Shown here: in pieces, positions 10,279 through 21,173 of the stretch | How the letters are laid out: every line of letters starts with the position of its first letter | Position numbering within the stretch: the first letter of the stretch is position 1 | Assembly: GCA_003142575.1 (NCBI GenBank) | Contig: PLMS01000051.1 | Coordinates: 560 to 61,248 of the forward strand | Reading direction: 5' to 3' | DNA from: Ignavibacteriota bacterium | GTDB lineage: Bacteria; Bacteroidota; Ignavibacteria; UBA10030 | DNA: 60,689 nt | Program-made: the position numbers and the translations under genes | The notes under the pieces: model-generated | What the model saw: only the letters and a program-made list of their open reading frames with translations | Told to the model about the DNA's origin: nothing | Databases searched by the model: none

Positions 10279-11535
10279 ATGAACTTCTTCCGAAGACTCA
10301 AAGACAATCCTGCTCTGCGTCAACTCGCAATCTTTTTAAGCATTTTGGGTCCTGGGATTGTCACCGGCAGTGTGGATAACGACGCCGGTGGAATCACAAC
10401 CTACTCCGTTGCCGGTGCACTGTATGGCTACAAACTGCTCTGGACATTAATTCCGTCATTCATCGCACTCTTGACCATTCAGGAAATGAATGCCCGTATG
10501 GGCGTTGTCACAGGCAAGGGCTTGGCTGATTTGATCCGCGAGAGTTTCGGTGTTCGCATTACTTTCTACATGTTCATCTTCCTTTTAATTGCCGATGTGG
10601 GCAATACGGCAACTGAGTTTGCAGGCGTGGCAGGCAGTATGAACATTTTTGGTGTAAGCAAATATATTTCTGTTCCGCTTGCCGCTGTGGCAGTATGGGT
10701 GCTTGTACTAAAAGGAAACTATAAGTTTGCCGAGAGAGTGTTTTTACTCTTCAGCGTATTTCTTCTTTCCTATGTTGTCTCTGCAGTTCTTGCCGGACCT
10801 GATTGGAAAGTCATAGGCACAGCAGTTATTACTCCGACCATTCAGTTCGATAAAGAATACATCTTTACCGTTCTAGGTATCATAGGTACCACTGTAGCGC
10901 CTTGGATGCAATTCTATATGCAGTCGGCGGTGATTGAAAAAAAATTGAAGGTGAGCGACTACAAGTACACTTTGTGGGATGTTGTCCTTGGGTGTATTGC
11001 AACGGTGGTTGTCGCGTTCTTTATTATTGTTGCCTGCGCCGCAACGCTGCATGTGAACGGCATCAAGATCAACGAAGCTGCCGACGCTGCGATGGCGCTT
11101 AAACCGTTAGCCGGTGCGCTGGCGGGACAACTCTTTGCATTTGGATTATTTATAGCATCTATTTTTTCTGCTGCAATTCTTCCGTTAGCGACGGCATACT
11201 ATGTCTGTGAAGCGTTTGGATTTGAAGCGGGCATCGATAAAAAATTCAGCGAAGCACCGCAGTTCTATTTTCTCTTCACCATAATTATTCTGATCGGTGC
11301 AGGTATCATTCTCATTCCCGGTGCACCTCTGATTGCTATAACTATCTGGACACAAGTAGTCAATGCAATTCTGCTGCCCGTTGTTCTCATTTGTATGATG
11401 GTTATCATTAACAACAAAGAGATCATGGAGGATTATACCAATAACCGCTTGCAAAATGTAATTGGCTGGGCAACAACTGCTATCTTGATTGTGCTCAGTG
11501 CATTCCTCCTATTCTCAGGAGTAGTGTTGGGATAA
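10279..11535 (+). CDS. Nramp-family divalent metal transporter (NRMT-like clade)
   Basis: LGPG...DNDAGGITTYS.AGA.YGY, QEM.AR.G.VTGKGL, GTTVAPWMQF; about 11 TM segments. Confidence 0.92.
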   Translation: MNFFRRLKDNPALRQLAIFLSILGPGIVTGSVDNDAGGITTYSVAGALYGYKLLWTLIPSFIALLTIQEMNARMGVVTGKGLADLIRESFGVRITFYMFIFLLIADVGNTATEFAGVAGSMNIFGVSKYISVPLAAVAVWVLVLKGNYKFAERVFLLFSVFLLSYVVSAVLAGPDWKVIGTAVITPTIQFDKEYIFTVLGIIGTTVAPWMQFYMQSAVIEKKLKVSDYKYTLWDVVLGCIATVVVAFFIIVACAATLHVNGIKINEAADAAMALKPLAGALAGQLFAFGLFIASIFSAAILPLATAYYVCEAFGFEAGIDKKFSEAPQFYFLFTIIILIGAGIILIPGAPLIAITIWTQVVNAILLPVVLICMMVIINNKEIMEDYTNNRLQNVIGWATTAILIVLSAFLLFSGVVLG

Positions 11536-11575
11536 AAAGTGTAAAACATCAGACATTTTCATTAAGAGGATTACT

Positions 11576-13006
11576 ATGAAAAACATTGCTCTTCTTATTT
11601 TTCTGTGTGCCAGCGTCTCTCTGGGGCAGACATACGAAAACAATTTCACTAACACGACCATGCGGATCGATTATTATCACATCGGCACAAAGGGGCAGGA
11701 GCAAATCACACTTGATAAAGTGTACGAAGAAGGAGCCTGGCCCGGAAGCAAAGTTAATTTGTTGGATACACTCAATCTTGGCGACAGTTTTTTTAAGGTG
11801 ACCGATCTTCAAACCAACAATCTTATTTACTCACGTGGATATTCAACATTGTTTGGCGAATGGCAAACCACGGATGAAGCGATGAATGGTGTATGGAAAA
11901 CGTGTCAAGAAACCGTACGTTTTCCGTTCCCGAAGAAAAAGGTCGTTGTGAATTTCTATCGCCGTGATAAGTTCGTTGCCGCTGGTGAAATGATGGCATT
12001 CCGAGAGGTATTCTCAACAGTAATCGATCCGAATAATCCTACGGTTGTAAATCATGAGAAACATCAGAACGCATTTCCTGTGTTTGATGTGATGATCAAC
12101 GGTTCGCCAGATAAGAAAGTGGATATTCTTATTCTGGGCGATGGCTATGCAAAGGGCGATATGGAAAAATTTCGAAAGGATGCAAAGCATTTTTCCGAAA
12201 CACTCTTTTCCTACCAGCCCTTCAAAAAGCACAAAAACGATTTTAATGTACGAGCGATAGAAGTGATTTCGGCTGAATCTGGGATCGATATACCGGATAA
12301 AAATGTATGGAAGAATACAGCATTGGGCACAATGTATAATACGTTTGGTTCGGCTCGCTATGTTTTGACGGAAGAGAACCGAACACTGCGCGATATTGCA
12401 GGCGCAGCACCGTACGATTTCATCACCATTCTTGTCAACGACAACCGCTACGGTGGCGGTGGAATCTTCAACCTGTACACAACATCATTCACACAAACAG
12501 CAAAAGTCGGACAGGAATGGGAAATGGATTATGTGTATGTACATGAGTTTGGACATTGCTTTGGCGGTTTAGGAGATGAGTATTACAGTTCGCAAATTTC
12601 GTACGTAGATTTTTATCCGAAAGGTGTTGAGCCGTGGGAGCCGAATGTGACACGAACGAATACCAAAGAGACATTAAAATGGCGTACCTTTGTTTCCGAC
12701 GATACACCGATTCCAACACCGTGGCGTAAAACAGAGTACGACAGCATCGAAGCACTCCGCGGCAAATTAGATAGACTTGCGGCTGATTACTATGACAAGC
12801 GCGAGGATTTACTAAAGAGTTCAAAAGAGATACTGAAAGATCCCAAGTGGATCGGCAAGGTCGGAGCGTTTGAAGGTTCTGGATATACATCAAAGGAAAT
12901 GTATCGGCCTGCTATCGATTGTAAGATGTTCGCGTTGAATCCGATCGATTTTGATCCCGTATGTGCAGCGGCAATTGAAAAGATGATTGCAATGTATGTG
13001 AGATAA
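11576..13006 (+). CDS. Peptidase M64 family (IgA peptidase-like), secreted
   Basis: Signal peptide, RIDYYH N-domain, YGGGGI, HEFGH.FGGL.DEY zincin motif, YRP..DC.M...F.PVC. Confidence 0.92.
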   Translation: MKNIALLIFLCASVSLGQTYENNFTNTTMRIDYYHIGTKGQEQITLDKVYEEGAWPGSKVNLLDTLNLGDSFFKVTDLQTNNLIYSRGYSTLFGEWQTTDEAMNGVWKTCQETVRFPFPKKKVVVNFYRRDKFVAAGEMMAFREVFSTVIDPNNPTVVNHEKHQNAFPVFDVMINGSPDKKVDILILGDGYAKGDMEKFRKDAKHFSETLFSYQPFKKHKNDFNVRAIEVISAESGIDIPDKNVWKNTALGTMYNTFGSARYVLTEENRTLRDIAGAAPYDFITILVNDNRYGGGGIFNLYTTSFTQTAKVGQEWEMDYVYVHEFGHCFGGLGDEYYSSQISYVDFYPKGVEPWEPNVTRTNTKETLKWRTFVSDDTPIPTPWRKTEYDSIEALRGKLDRLAADYYDKREDLLKSSKEILKDPKWIGKVGAFEGSGYTSKEMYRPAIDCKMFALNPIDFDPVCAAAIEKMIAMYVR

Positions 13007-13046
13007 AAATTCAAGAGACAAATTTTAAAACAGGAACTGATGAGGA

Positions 13047-13838
13047 ATGAATACAAATCCTATTGCACTTATTACAGGCGCCTCGAGCGGCATTGGATTA
13101 GAACTTGCAAAGCTCTTTGCACGGGAAAGTCATGATCTTGCCCTTGTAGCGCGCAGCCATGACACACTCAAACACATCGCTGAAAATATACAGCAAACAT
13201 ACGGTGTGCAGGTGAAATGCTATACAAAAGATTTGTCTGTTTCTTCCACACCGGAAGAAATTTTTGAAGCACTTCAAAGCGAAGGAGGGAATATCGATGT
13301 CCTTGTCAATAATGCGGGATTTGGTTGGCGCGGTGAGTTCGCGAAAATGAATGCTGCCGATGCGTTGGAAATGATTCAGGTTAATATAACATCACTGACA
13401 CATCTCACTCAGCTCTTTCTACCGGGAATGATTGAACGAAAACGCGGAAAAATACTAAACGTTGCATCCACTGCAGCGTTTCAACCCGGTCCGTTGATGG
13501 CGACCTATTATGCTTCCAAAGCGTATGTGCTGAATTTTTCACTGGCTCTTACTGAAGAATTGCAAGGAACAGGAGTGACCGTCACAGCATTGTGTCCTGG
13601 CCCCACTGCAACGGGATTTGGAAAAAGAGCCGGTTTTACTAACGAAAAAATCCTCGGCGGTGCACTTTCAATGAATGCTTCCGCAGTGGCGCTTCAAGGA
13701 TATAAAGGATTGATGAAAGGAAAGCCACTTGTCATTTCTGGGTGGAAAAATTTGCTGGGTACACAACTTGTTCGATTGTTGCCGAGAACATTTCCTGGAA
13801 AGTTGGTGAAATCTGTTCAGCAGAAAAGAGGAACATGA
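13047..13838 (+). CDS. SDR family oxidoreductase
   Basis: TGASSGIG, NNAG, YYASK. Confidence 0.93.
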   Translation: MNTNPIALITGASSGIGLELAKLFARESHDLALVARSHDTLKHIAENIQQTYGVQVKCYTKDLSVSSTPEEIFEALQSEGGNIDVLVNNAGFGWRGEFAKMNAADALEMIQVNITSLTHLTQLFLPGMIERKRGKILNVASTAAFQPGPLMATYYASKAYVLNFSLALTEELQGTGVTVTALCPGPTATGFGKRAGFTNEKILGGALSMNASAVALQGYKGLMKGKPLVISGWKNLLGTQLVRLLPRTFPGKLVKSVQQKRGT

Positions 13839-13894
13839 ACCGTGTTGCCATAATCTTTTTTCCTGTACATACTTCTTACAGAGCAGAGTAATAT

Positions 13895-14836
13895 ATGGAC
13901 ATCATAAAACCACGTCGCCTTCGAAAAGGCGATTTGATAGGACTCGTTGCACCTGCAAGCACTCCTTCCTCTGAGGAAAAAATTCTCAAGGGCGCATTGT
14001 ACCTTGAGCAGTTGGGATATCGTGTCAAGTGCGGCAAACATATCCGCACGGTTTATGGATATCTTGCCGGGAGCGATGATGAGAGGTCTGCGGACTTTAA
14101 TGAGATGGTGCGCGACAAAAACGTGAAAGCGATTTTCGCTATTCGCGGCGGGTATGGCACTCCACGTTTACTACAGATGATCGATTATCGTGCGTTGAAA
14201 GCACATCCCAAAATCATCGTTGGGTATAGCGATTTAACGGCATTACAGCTTGCCATCTTCCGCAAGATTGGATTAGTAACCTTCTCCGGTCCTATGACAG
14301 GTTCAGATATGTGGAGAGATTTCGATCCATACACCGAAGAACATTTCTGGCGCATGCTCACATCGAACAAGAAGATCGGAGCCATGAATAATCCTGCTGA
14401 TGAACCGTTGAAAATTCTCCGGCACGGCAAAGCAAGTGGGCGATTAGTGGGTGGGAATCTTTCACTCCTCGCCTGCTTGATGGGCACGCCATTTCAGCCG
14501 CCTATGGAGGATTCGATACTCGTTTTGGAGGACGTTGATGAATCGCCGTATCGAGTCGATCGAATATTGGCACAGCTTCTCAATGCTGGAATTTTGCACA
14601 AGCTTGAAGCATTGGTCTATGGCAAGTTCACAGACTGTGTGCCCAGTAATCCAAGCGATCCCTATTTAACAATTGATCAAGTTCAGGAAGAATTCGCGCA
14701 GAAGATCAAATGTCCCGTTGTAATGAATTTCCAGTATGGCCACATTTCCCGCAAACTTACAGTGCCGTTGGGATTGAAGACAAAAATAGATACTAAAAAA
14801 ATTAAATTCGAAGTATTGGAAAATGCGGTGATGTAG
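13895..14836 (+). CDS. LD-carboxypeptidase (S66 family)
   Basis: RGGYG, GYSD (catalytic Ser), GGNL, LED..E, YGH. Confidence 0.93.
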   Translation: MDIIKPRRLRKGDLIGLVAPASTPSSEEKILKGALYLEQLGYRVKCGKHIRTVYGYLAGSDDERSADFNEMVRDKNVKAIFAIRGGYGTPRLLQMIDYRALKAHPKIIVGYSDLTALQLAIFRKIGLVTFSGPMTGSDMWRDFDPYTEEHFWRMLTSNKKIGAMNNPADEPLKILRHGKASGRLVGGNLSLLACLMGTPFQPPMEDSILVLEDVDESPYRVDRILAQLLNAGILHKLEALVYGKFTDCVPSNPSDPYLTIDQVQEEFAQKIKCPVVMNFQYGHISRKLTVPLGLKTKIDTKKIKFEVLENAVM

Positions 14837-15883
14837 ATGGAAGAAAGAATTACTGTCGGCATCGCTTCTTTTGGAATGTCCGGAAAAGTATTTCACGCTC
14901 CTCTTGTGTCCCATCATAAAAATTTTCGGATAAAAAGAATTGTCGAGCGAAGTAAAGATGAAGCACGCATGCTCTATCCAAACATTCTTCTATCGCGATC
15001 CATAGACGATCTTCTTCAAGATAGTGAGATTGAGGTTATCATCGTGAATACTCCAGATCAGACACACTATAAACTCGCAAAGCAATGTCTTGACGCAGGA
15101 AAACATGTTATTGTTGAAAAACCATTTACACAGACCGTACTGCAAGGGAATGAATTGATCGAACTTGCACAGCAAAAGGGAAAAATTTTAAGTGTCTTCC
15201 AAAATAGACGATGGGATGGAGATTTTTTAACAGTACAACACATACTTGATGAAAAATTGCTTGGGCGACTTGTCGATTATGAAGCGCATTTCGATCGATA
15301 CAAAAACATAGTTCCGCAGAACACATGGAAAGAAAGAGCCTCGTCAGGAACCGGAGCATTATATAATCTTGGCTCGCATATGATCGATCAAGCGCTCGTA
15401 CTCTTCGGCATGCCGGAAGCAGTAACCAGTGTTCTTAAAATAATGCGGACTGGCGGCGAAGTTGACGACTGGTACGATATCATACTGCATTATCCCCATG
15501 TTAATGTTAATTTAAAAACTAGTTTGCTTGTAAAAGAACCAGGACCGCGGTACATCCTTCATGGAACGCAAGGTTCTTTCCTCAAATGGGGACTCGATCC
15601 GCAGGAAGAAACGCTCAAGCAGGGAAAAAATCCAAACGACCCAGACTGGGGACGCGAATCAGAAGAGTGGTGGGGAACATTGAACACAGAAAAAGAAGGT
15701 GTTACACAAAGGAAGTACGAAACACTTCCCGGAAATTATTCTGCATTCTATGACGCTCTCTATGAAAGCATCGCTCATGGCAAGGAACTGCCTGTAAAAC
15801 CAGAAGAGGCGTTAAATGTTATTCGAATTATCGAAGCAGTACAAAAGAGCAGTAAAACTCGAACAACAATTGTCCTTTCCTAG
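14837..15883 (+). CDS. Gfo/Idh/MocA family oxidoreductase
   Basis: FGMSGKVFHAP, VEKPF, FQNRRWDGDF, LGSHMIDQ. Confidence 0.92.
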   Translation: MEERITVGIASFGMSGKVFHAPLVSHHKNFRIKRIVERSKDEARMLYPNILLSRSIDDLLQDSEIEVIIVNTPDQTHYKLAKQCLDAGKHVIVEKPFTQTVLQGNELIELAQQKGKILSVFQNRRWDGDFLTVQHILDEKLLGRLVDYEAHFDRYKNIVPQNTWKERASSGTGALYNLGSHMIDQALVLFGMPEAVTSVLKIMRTGGEVDDWYDIILHYPHVNVNLKTSLLVKEPGPRYILHGTQGSFLKWGLDPQEETLKQGKNPNDPDWGRESEEWWGTLNTEKEGVTQRKYETLPGNYSAFYDALYESIAHGKELPVKPEEALNVIRIIEAVQKSSKTRTTIVLS

Positions 15884-15891
15884 TGATTATT

Positions 15892-16482
15892 TTATCGAAC
15901 AATTTTGAAATTGAAGTTGGGACTTTGGAATTTCCCGTAGAGTCGCACCCAAATCGGCAGCAGCATTTCTATCGCGCGCGTTTGAAATATCACCCAAATC
16001 AACGATAGATTTCCAGCCAAACCAATCTCGTAATATCTTTGTCACGGCTGTCTTTGCTTCCACATCGTTTCCGCTGATAAATATATCATGATCACCGTTA
16101 GCGACAAGATCGGGATTTACCATAAGACTACAATGTATTCAGGGTTTTGATAACTTTCGTGTCGGGAAAAGCACGCTGTATTTGTTCTCCGAGTGAATCC
16201 GTGTTGCATACAACAAGCGAAGGCGGCATCCCTTGAGAGAAATCCAACGCGTTTGCGATATCGATGAGAATTTTGTTTTTCAGATTGTGCGTACCTGCGA
16301 GGTTAAGTGCTTCTAGTGAAGCTACGCCATGTGTGCAGTTGAATACAATTTCACCGAATGAAGCGGCATTGGCAAATGTCCCCTGAGAAGCGTGGGTTCC
16401 ATTTTTCTTCGTGTCCACATTGAATAAGTTTCGTCCCGATCGCATCGCCAACCATACCAGTTCCGAGAACTGCAATCTTCAT
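15892..16482 (-). pseudogene. NADPH-dependent F420 reductase / F420_oxidored family, degraded
   Basis: Starts MKIAVLGTGMVG (Rossmann) at 16482, frameshifts into LIDIANAL...SLGEQIQ...VIKTLNT, TAG at 16128-16130, resumes ISGND..AK...DLGDISNAR, then frameshifts again to EMLLPIWVRLY...FNFKIVR*. Confidence 0.85.
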
Positions 16483-16661
16483 ACTTCCCTCCTTCCATAG
16501 GTGTTTTTCAAATAATTTCTTTTCTCATCTAACACTGCTTCCAATACATAAGGTTCCGCTTGTATCGACTTTGGAGAGAAGAAAGGAATATCAAGGATAG
16601 AAGGAATGGTAAATAGTTTGAAAATATCTGATTTACTAATAAGTGTGGTTCGTTTCTGTTT

Positions 16662-17123
16662 TCACTTCAACCCAAGATCCATCTCCATCATCTGGTAGTG
16701 GGAACGCCTCATGCCAAGTGATTCGTATGTTTTCTGGGCATGTTCATTTGATTGGTCAACGTAGAGACGCACACTGCAGACATCCCCGCGAGTTCTGGCA
16801 ATCGACTCGATATACCGATAGAGTGCACGGAAGACACCATGCCTGCGATATTCCGGACGAACGTACACACTTTGTATCCACCAAAAGGCAGCGTTACGCC
16901 AATCGCTCCACTCATACGTGATCATCAATTGCCCAGCGATCTTTCCATTGCTTTCAGCAATATAGTATAGACCTTTTGATGGATCAGCGAACAATGCTTC
17001 CACTCCTTTTCGGAGTCGTTCGCGATTCAGTTCAATTCCTTCTGTCTCTTTCGCTATCGCTGTGTTGAACTCAGCAATGATGGAAACATCTGAAGGTGCA
17101 GCAAGACGGATACTGATGTTCAT
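16662..17123 (-). CDS. GNAT family N-acetyltransferase
   Basis: EWSDWRN..WWIQSVYV.PEYRRHG, N..A...Y.SLG. Confidence 0.92.
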   Translation of the reverse strand: MNISIRLAAPSDVSIIAEFNTAIAKETEGIELNRERLRKGVEALFADPSKGLYYIAESNGKIAGQLMITYEWSDWRNAAFWWIQSVYVRPEYRRHGVFRALYRYIESIARTRGDVCSVRLYVDQSNEHAQKTYESLGMRRSHYQMMEMDLGLK

Positions 17124-17155
17124 AAAACCTTTTATGATGTCCGATAGAATGATTG

Positions 17156-18205
17156 TTAATCAAATGTATAGTAGAACGTTATTCGAGGAACAACATCTGC
17201 AGCTTTCTTGCGTCCGGCTGAACTTTTATCGGTGAAAGTATTTATCCAAATGTTCGGCATGAAGTGAATATCGTTCACCGGCATATAATCGATGCCAAAA
17301 GAAAGAAAATATTCATAGAAATCTGTACCGGGAGAAAATCGATTCGGATCATAGTAATCAATCCGCCCGAATGCTTTGCATTGTTCAGAAAAACGATACC
17401 AGGAAAACACAGAAACCCCAAAAACGGCAAAATTGTTATATAGTGTGTCTTGATTATGCTGTACTTGTTCCATAATCTCAGTTCCCGCCATCCATCGTCC
17501 TTTTGTGTATGAAAGAAATGCTTTCCATGTCGTGCGATCTTTTCCTAACGCGGCTGGCTCGTAATCGACATACGCTTCAATTGAAAAATATTGAAATGGA
17601 CTTCCGCCAAGCAGAAAATAATACTTTTTATACTTGTCGTTTTCCGGTTTTTGTGAATTGCCGTTTCCTATCATCAAGGCATAATCCAGAGCTACGCTCG
17701 TCGGTAATGTACCGCGTAACAATATCCCCATGTCACTTCCGCTTCCGAGATTTCGAAAATCTGTTATCGTCTTTTCAACAGAACGATAACCCCATATTCC
17801 TTCGACTGATGACCAGGTTGGTGTCGGTACAAGTCCGAGAAGCAGGTTTGATGAAGGCAAGATATTTTTCCATTCTGCATATGCCGTTTTTACATATAAT
17901 CCTTGTCGTCCACCGGGTTCGAGGGATTTATTGTTACCTTCCAATTGAAATCGAGTGAAAAACTGTTCAGAGATAACATAATCATAGAATAAATGAAGCC
18001 GCCGAATTTCAAATCCCTGAAAATCCTTAGCTATCGGTTGACTGTACTGAGATAACGAATCACCATATTGTTGTAGATCTCCTCCTGCTTTGTAGAAATA
18101 GTCTCCAATAATCGAACCATGAATTCGACCGCCTGTTTTTTCTTCAGAATAGGAGAAATGGAAAGAGAGTATACTGAAAATAATTAAGAACGATGCGGCA
18201 CGCAT
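17156..18205 (-). CDS. Putative outer-membrane beta-barrel / porin-like protein
   Basis: Signal peptide, F.IRR and K.AY.EWK porin-like strands, aromatic C-terminus (FYYTFD). Confidence 0.65.
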   Translation of the reverse strand: MRAASFLIIFSILSFHFSYSEEKTGGRIHGSIIGDYFYKAGGDLQQYGDSLSQYSQPIAKDFQGFEIRRLHLFYDYVISEQFFTRFQLEGNNKSLEPGGRQGLYVKTAYAEWKNILPSSNLLLGLVPTPTWSSVEGIWGYRSVEKTITDFRNLGSGSDMGILLRGTLPTSVALDYALMIGNGNSQKPENDKYKKYYFLLGGSPFQYFSIEAYVDYEPAALGKDRTTWKAFLSYTKGRWMAGTEIMEQVQHNQDTLYNNFAVFGVSVFSWYRFSEQCKAFGRIDYYDPNRFSPGTDFYEYFLSFGIDYMPVNDIHFMPNIWINTFTDKSSAGRKKAADVVPRITFYYTFD

Positions 18206-18355
18206 AAATTCACCATGGTATCATAAACAATGATTTATTTTCTGGAACAAATATGCCTCAAATGTGTAGGCGAATCAAGTGCCGAGAAAAAAATCGCCTT
18301 GTTATAAACAAGGCGATCAAGAATCAACAGAAAAATGATGTTTCTAATTCGTGCG

Positions 18356-19027
18356 TTAAGAATTAACGTGCTCAGCCTTTTGTTTCTTTGATCGTTGGAC
18401 AAAGAGTCGAATGAATTCCACAAGTGCCGGAGTTCCAGGTAGTAACACCAGCGCAAGAATGACCACACTAAAATGTTGTTTCACAAATGGAACATTGCCA
18501 AAAAAATAGCCGATCAGAACAAACAAATTGACCCATAGTAATGCGCCGATGATGCTGAAAAGTAAAAATGTCTGATATGCCATACGTCCGATACCTGCAA
18601 CGAATGGCGCAAACGTACGTATGATAGGGAGGAATCGTGCCAGAATCACGGTGATGCGTCCATGTCTATCATAAAACCTGTTCGTGCGGTTAAGATGTTC
18701 TTTATTAAAGAATCGAGATTTTTCCTGACTGAAAACTTTCGGTCCAATTTTTCTCCCAATCCAATAGTTCGTATTGTCGCCCGTGAGAGCTGCGCATATC
18801 AGCAGTGGAATGGCGTATTCCACATGCATTGCGCCGATGGCTGCCAATGAACCAATAGCAAATAAAAGTGAGTCGCCCGGTAAAAAAGGAGTTACCACTA
18901 AACCGGTTTCGCAGAAAACGATAAGAAACAGAATTGCATAAATCCATATTCCATACATTGCGCAAAGATCAACTAAGTGCCTGTCGATGTGAAGAAGGAA
19001 ATCTATGAGTTGCTGCAGGAATTCCAT
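18356..19027 (-). CDS. DedA family protein
   Basis: FCETGLVVTPFLPGDSLLF, ARFLPIIRTFAPFVAG. Confidence 0.94.
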   Translation of the reverse strand: MEFLQQLIDFLLHIDRHLVDLCAMYGIWIYAILFLIVFCETGLVVTPFLPGDSLLFAIGSLAAIGAMHVEYAIPLLICAALTGDNTNYWIGRKIGPKVFSQEKSRFFNKEHLNRTNRFYDRHGRITVILARFLPIIRTFAPFVAGIGRMAYQTFLLFSIIGALLWVNLFVLIGYFFGNVPFVKQHFSVVILALVLLPGTPALVEFIRLFVQRSKKQKAEHVNS

Positions 19028-19083
19028 AATTTTGATACTCACATGCGACGCACTGTAAAAGTACGTCGCAGAGAGGTAGTCTA

Positions 19084-19773
19084 TTATTTAATGGAGATCA
19101 ACTCGATGTCGAAAATTAATGTGGCGTTCGGGCCAATCGTTTGTCCACGACCTTCCGGACCATATGCGAGATCTGACGGAATGAAGAGCTGCCATTTCGA
19201 ACCCACAGGCATAAGCTGCAGAGCTTCGGTCCATCCTTTGATCACTTGTCCGATAGGAAATTCTGTCGGTTCGCCTCGCTTATATGAGCTGTCAAATTCG
19301 GTTCCATCAATGAGCGTTCCACGATAATGACACTTCACTGTTTGATCTTTTGTCGGTTTGGGTCCGTCACCTGATTTTAAAATTTTGTATTGCAGTCCAC
19401 TGGACAATGTTACAACGCCTTCTTTCTTCTTGTTTGCGGCAAGGAATGCTTCACCTTCTTTGACATTCTTTTCGCCGACAACTTTTTGCTTCGCTTGCAT
19501 CTTGCCCATCATTTCCTGTTGAAAAGAAGTCATCGCTGCTTCCATATCTTTATCACTCATTGCTGTTTTTGAGTTATTGAGTCCATCCTTAATTCCTTGC
19601 GTGAGGAGTCCTTGATCGAGATCTATCCCCTGCGTTTTCATATTTTTTCCAATATTCACACCGATACTGTAACTAATTTTTTCTTTTTTTGTCTTGGGTG
19701 TTTCTTTTTTCTGTGCTATGACCATGCTACTCAATATCGAAAGCACAAGAGCAACCACAATAAGCTTCTTCAT
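19084..19773 (-). CDS. FKBP-type peptidyl-prolyl isomerase (FkpA/Mip-like)
   Basis: Signal peptide, SYSIG N-domain, SGLQY, EFDSSY.RG, VIKGWTEAL, LAYG. Confidence 0.95.
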   Translation of the reverse strand: MKKLIVVALVLSILSSMVIAQKKETPKTKKEKISYSIGVNIGKNMKTQGIDLDQGLLTQGIKDGLNNSKTAMSDKDMEAAMTSFQQEMMGKMQAKQKVVGEKNVKEGEAFLAANKKKEGVVTLSSGLQYKILKSGDGPKPTKDQTVKCHYRGTLIDGTEFDSSYKRGEPTEFPIGQVIKGWTEALQLMPVGSKWQLFIPSDLAYGPEGRGQTIGPNATLIFDIELISIK

Positions 19774-19948
19774 GAATTATCCTTTAATTAAGTGATAAAT
19801 AAAAACGCGGACGAACCCGCGTTGAACTTACAAGAAGGTACAATTTTTTCTTCTTATTTAAAATCAGATATTTCAAAAATGAATAATTGTCAATATGGAT
19901 TTCAGCCGCTGTGCCAACTTCATTTTCTATCAAGCCCAAATGCCCTCA

Positions 19949-21043
19949 TTACTTGTATCCTGCCTTCTCCAAATCTTCCACTGATTTGAACTGATGCGGT
20001 GGATAAAGATATCTAGCAAGGAATGTATAAATTTTCATTCGCGTTTCTTTTGCCAGCTTTGTGTCGATGCGATCGAAGCTGTGTCCGCCGGGAGCATCTT
20101 TGAAAATCTCGTACTCGAATTTCTTTCCTGCCACTTTCAGATCCTGAATAAGATGTTCGACCTCTTCCACATGCACATCATCGTCGATGGTGTTGGTATG
20201 AATAAGCAAGGGTGTTTTCAATTTTTCCACGAATGAAACAGGAGAACGTCTGCGATATTCTGCCGAGTCTTCACTCACCGTTTTGCCGATGTGGTATTGG
20301 GCAGAAAAATCTTTGCGGTAATCATCATCATAATATCCTAAGCGCATCACAAGATCGCTCACCGGCACACCGGCAAACGCTACTTGGTAATCGTTCGGAT
20401 ACTCGAAGATATCCATCAGTGTAATAAGTCCGCCATGACTCCAACCAATTGCACCGACACGATCTTTATCAACAATTCTATAATTCTCAATCATCCAATC
20501 GCGCGCTGCGTGATTGTCTTCTACTTCGCGTCCGCCATAATCGATGCGTTCGTAGAACTGCTTGCCATAACCGGTACTGCCGCGGTATTCCGGCGCCACA
20601 ACGATATAACCTTGCGCCATCAGCTCACGAATAATGTGCGTATGGTATGTTGTGAAATCTGCATGTACGCCACCATGCGGCAGAACAAGAAGCGGATATT
20701 TTTTACTGCGATTGAGTTTCTGCGGAATGAAGATATACGCCCAAAATTTTACCGGATTCAATGCGCCTCTTGCCGTAGAATCCTTGACTTTCCAAGGCGG
20801 TGGCCCGACAATAAAAACCTTTTCGATGCTAGCCACATCGCTCACTTTATCGTACCAGAGGACATCATCTACCGCCTTTGCTAATTGATCGAGACGATGA
20901 TCAAGTGCTTCGAACTTCTCGTCGATTTGTTTGGAGATTCCATCTTCATTTATTTTCTTCTCTTGTGCAGTAAGGGGAACCATGGTAAACGCAGCAAACA
21001 ATGAAAGAAGAGGGATCAATGATTTAAAATTATTTGTATTCAT
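19949..21043 (-). CDS. S9 prolyl oligopeptidase family protein
   Basis: HGGVH, YRGSTGYG, GWSHGG nucleophile elbow, DDDV, GHSF; signal peptide. Confidence 0.9.
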   Translation of the reverse strand: MNTNNFKSLIPLLSLFAAFTMVPLTAQEKKINEDGISKQIDEKFEALDHRLDQLAKAVDDVLWYDKVSDVASIEKVFIVGPPPWKVKDSTARGALNPVKFWAYIFIPQKLNRSKKYPLLVLPHGGVHADFTTYHTHIIRELMAQGYIVVAPEYRGSTGYGKQFYERIDYGGREVEDNHAARDWMIENYRIVDKDRVGAIGWSHGGLITLMDIFEYPNDYQVAFAGVPVSDLVMRLGYYDDDYRKDFSAQYHIGKTVSEDSAEYRRRSPVSFVEKLKTPLLIHTNTIDDDVHVEEVEHLIQDLKVAGKKFEYEIFKDAPGGHSFDRIDTKLAKETRMKIYTFLARYLYPPHQFKSVEDLEKAGYK

Positions 21044-21173
21044 GAACTTCAATCCTCCTTATTGAAAGGTCGGTGAACATCCAAAACGAAGTGTAGAAAA
21101 AAATGATGCAAAAACCAACTTGCGTTTCGTGCACACTCCTGCTACCTTAGAGGAAGAGTTTGAAAGGATTTCT

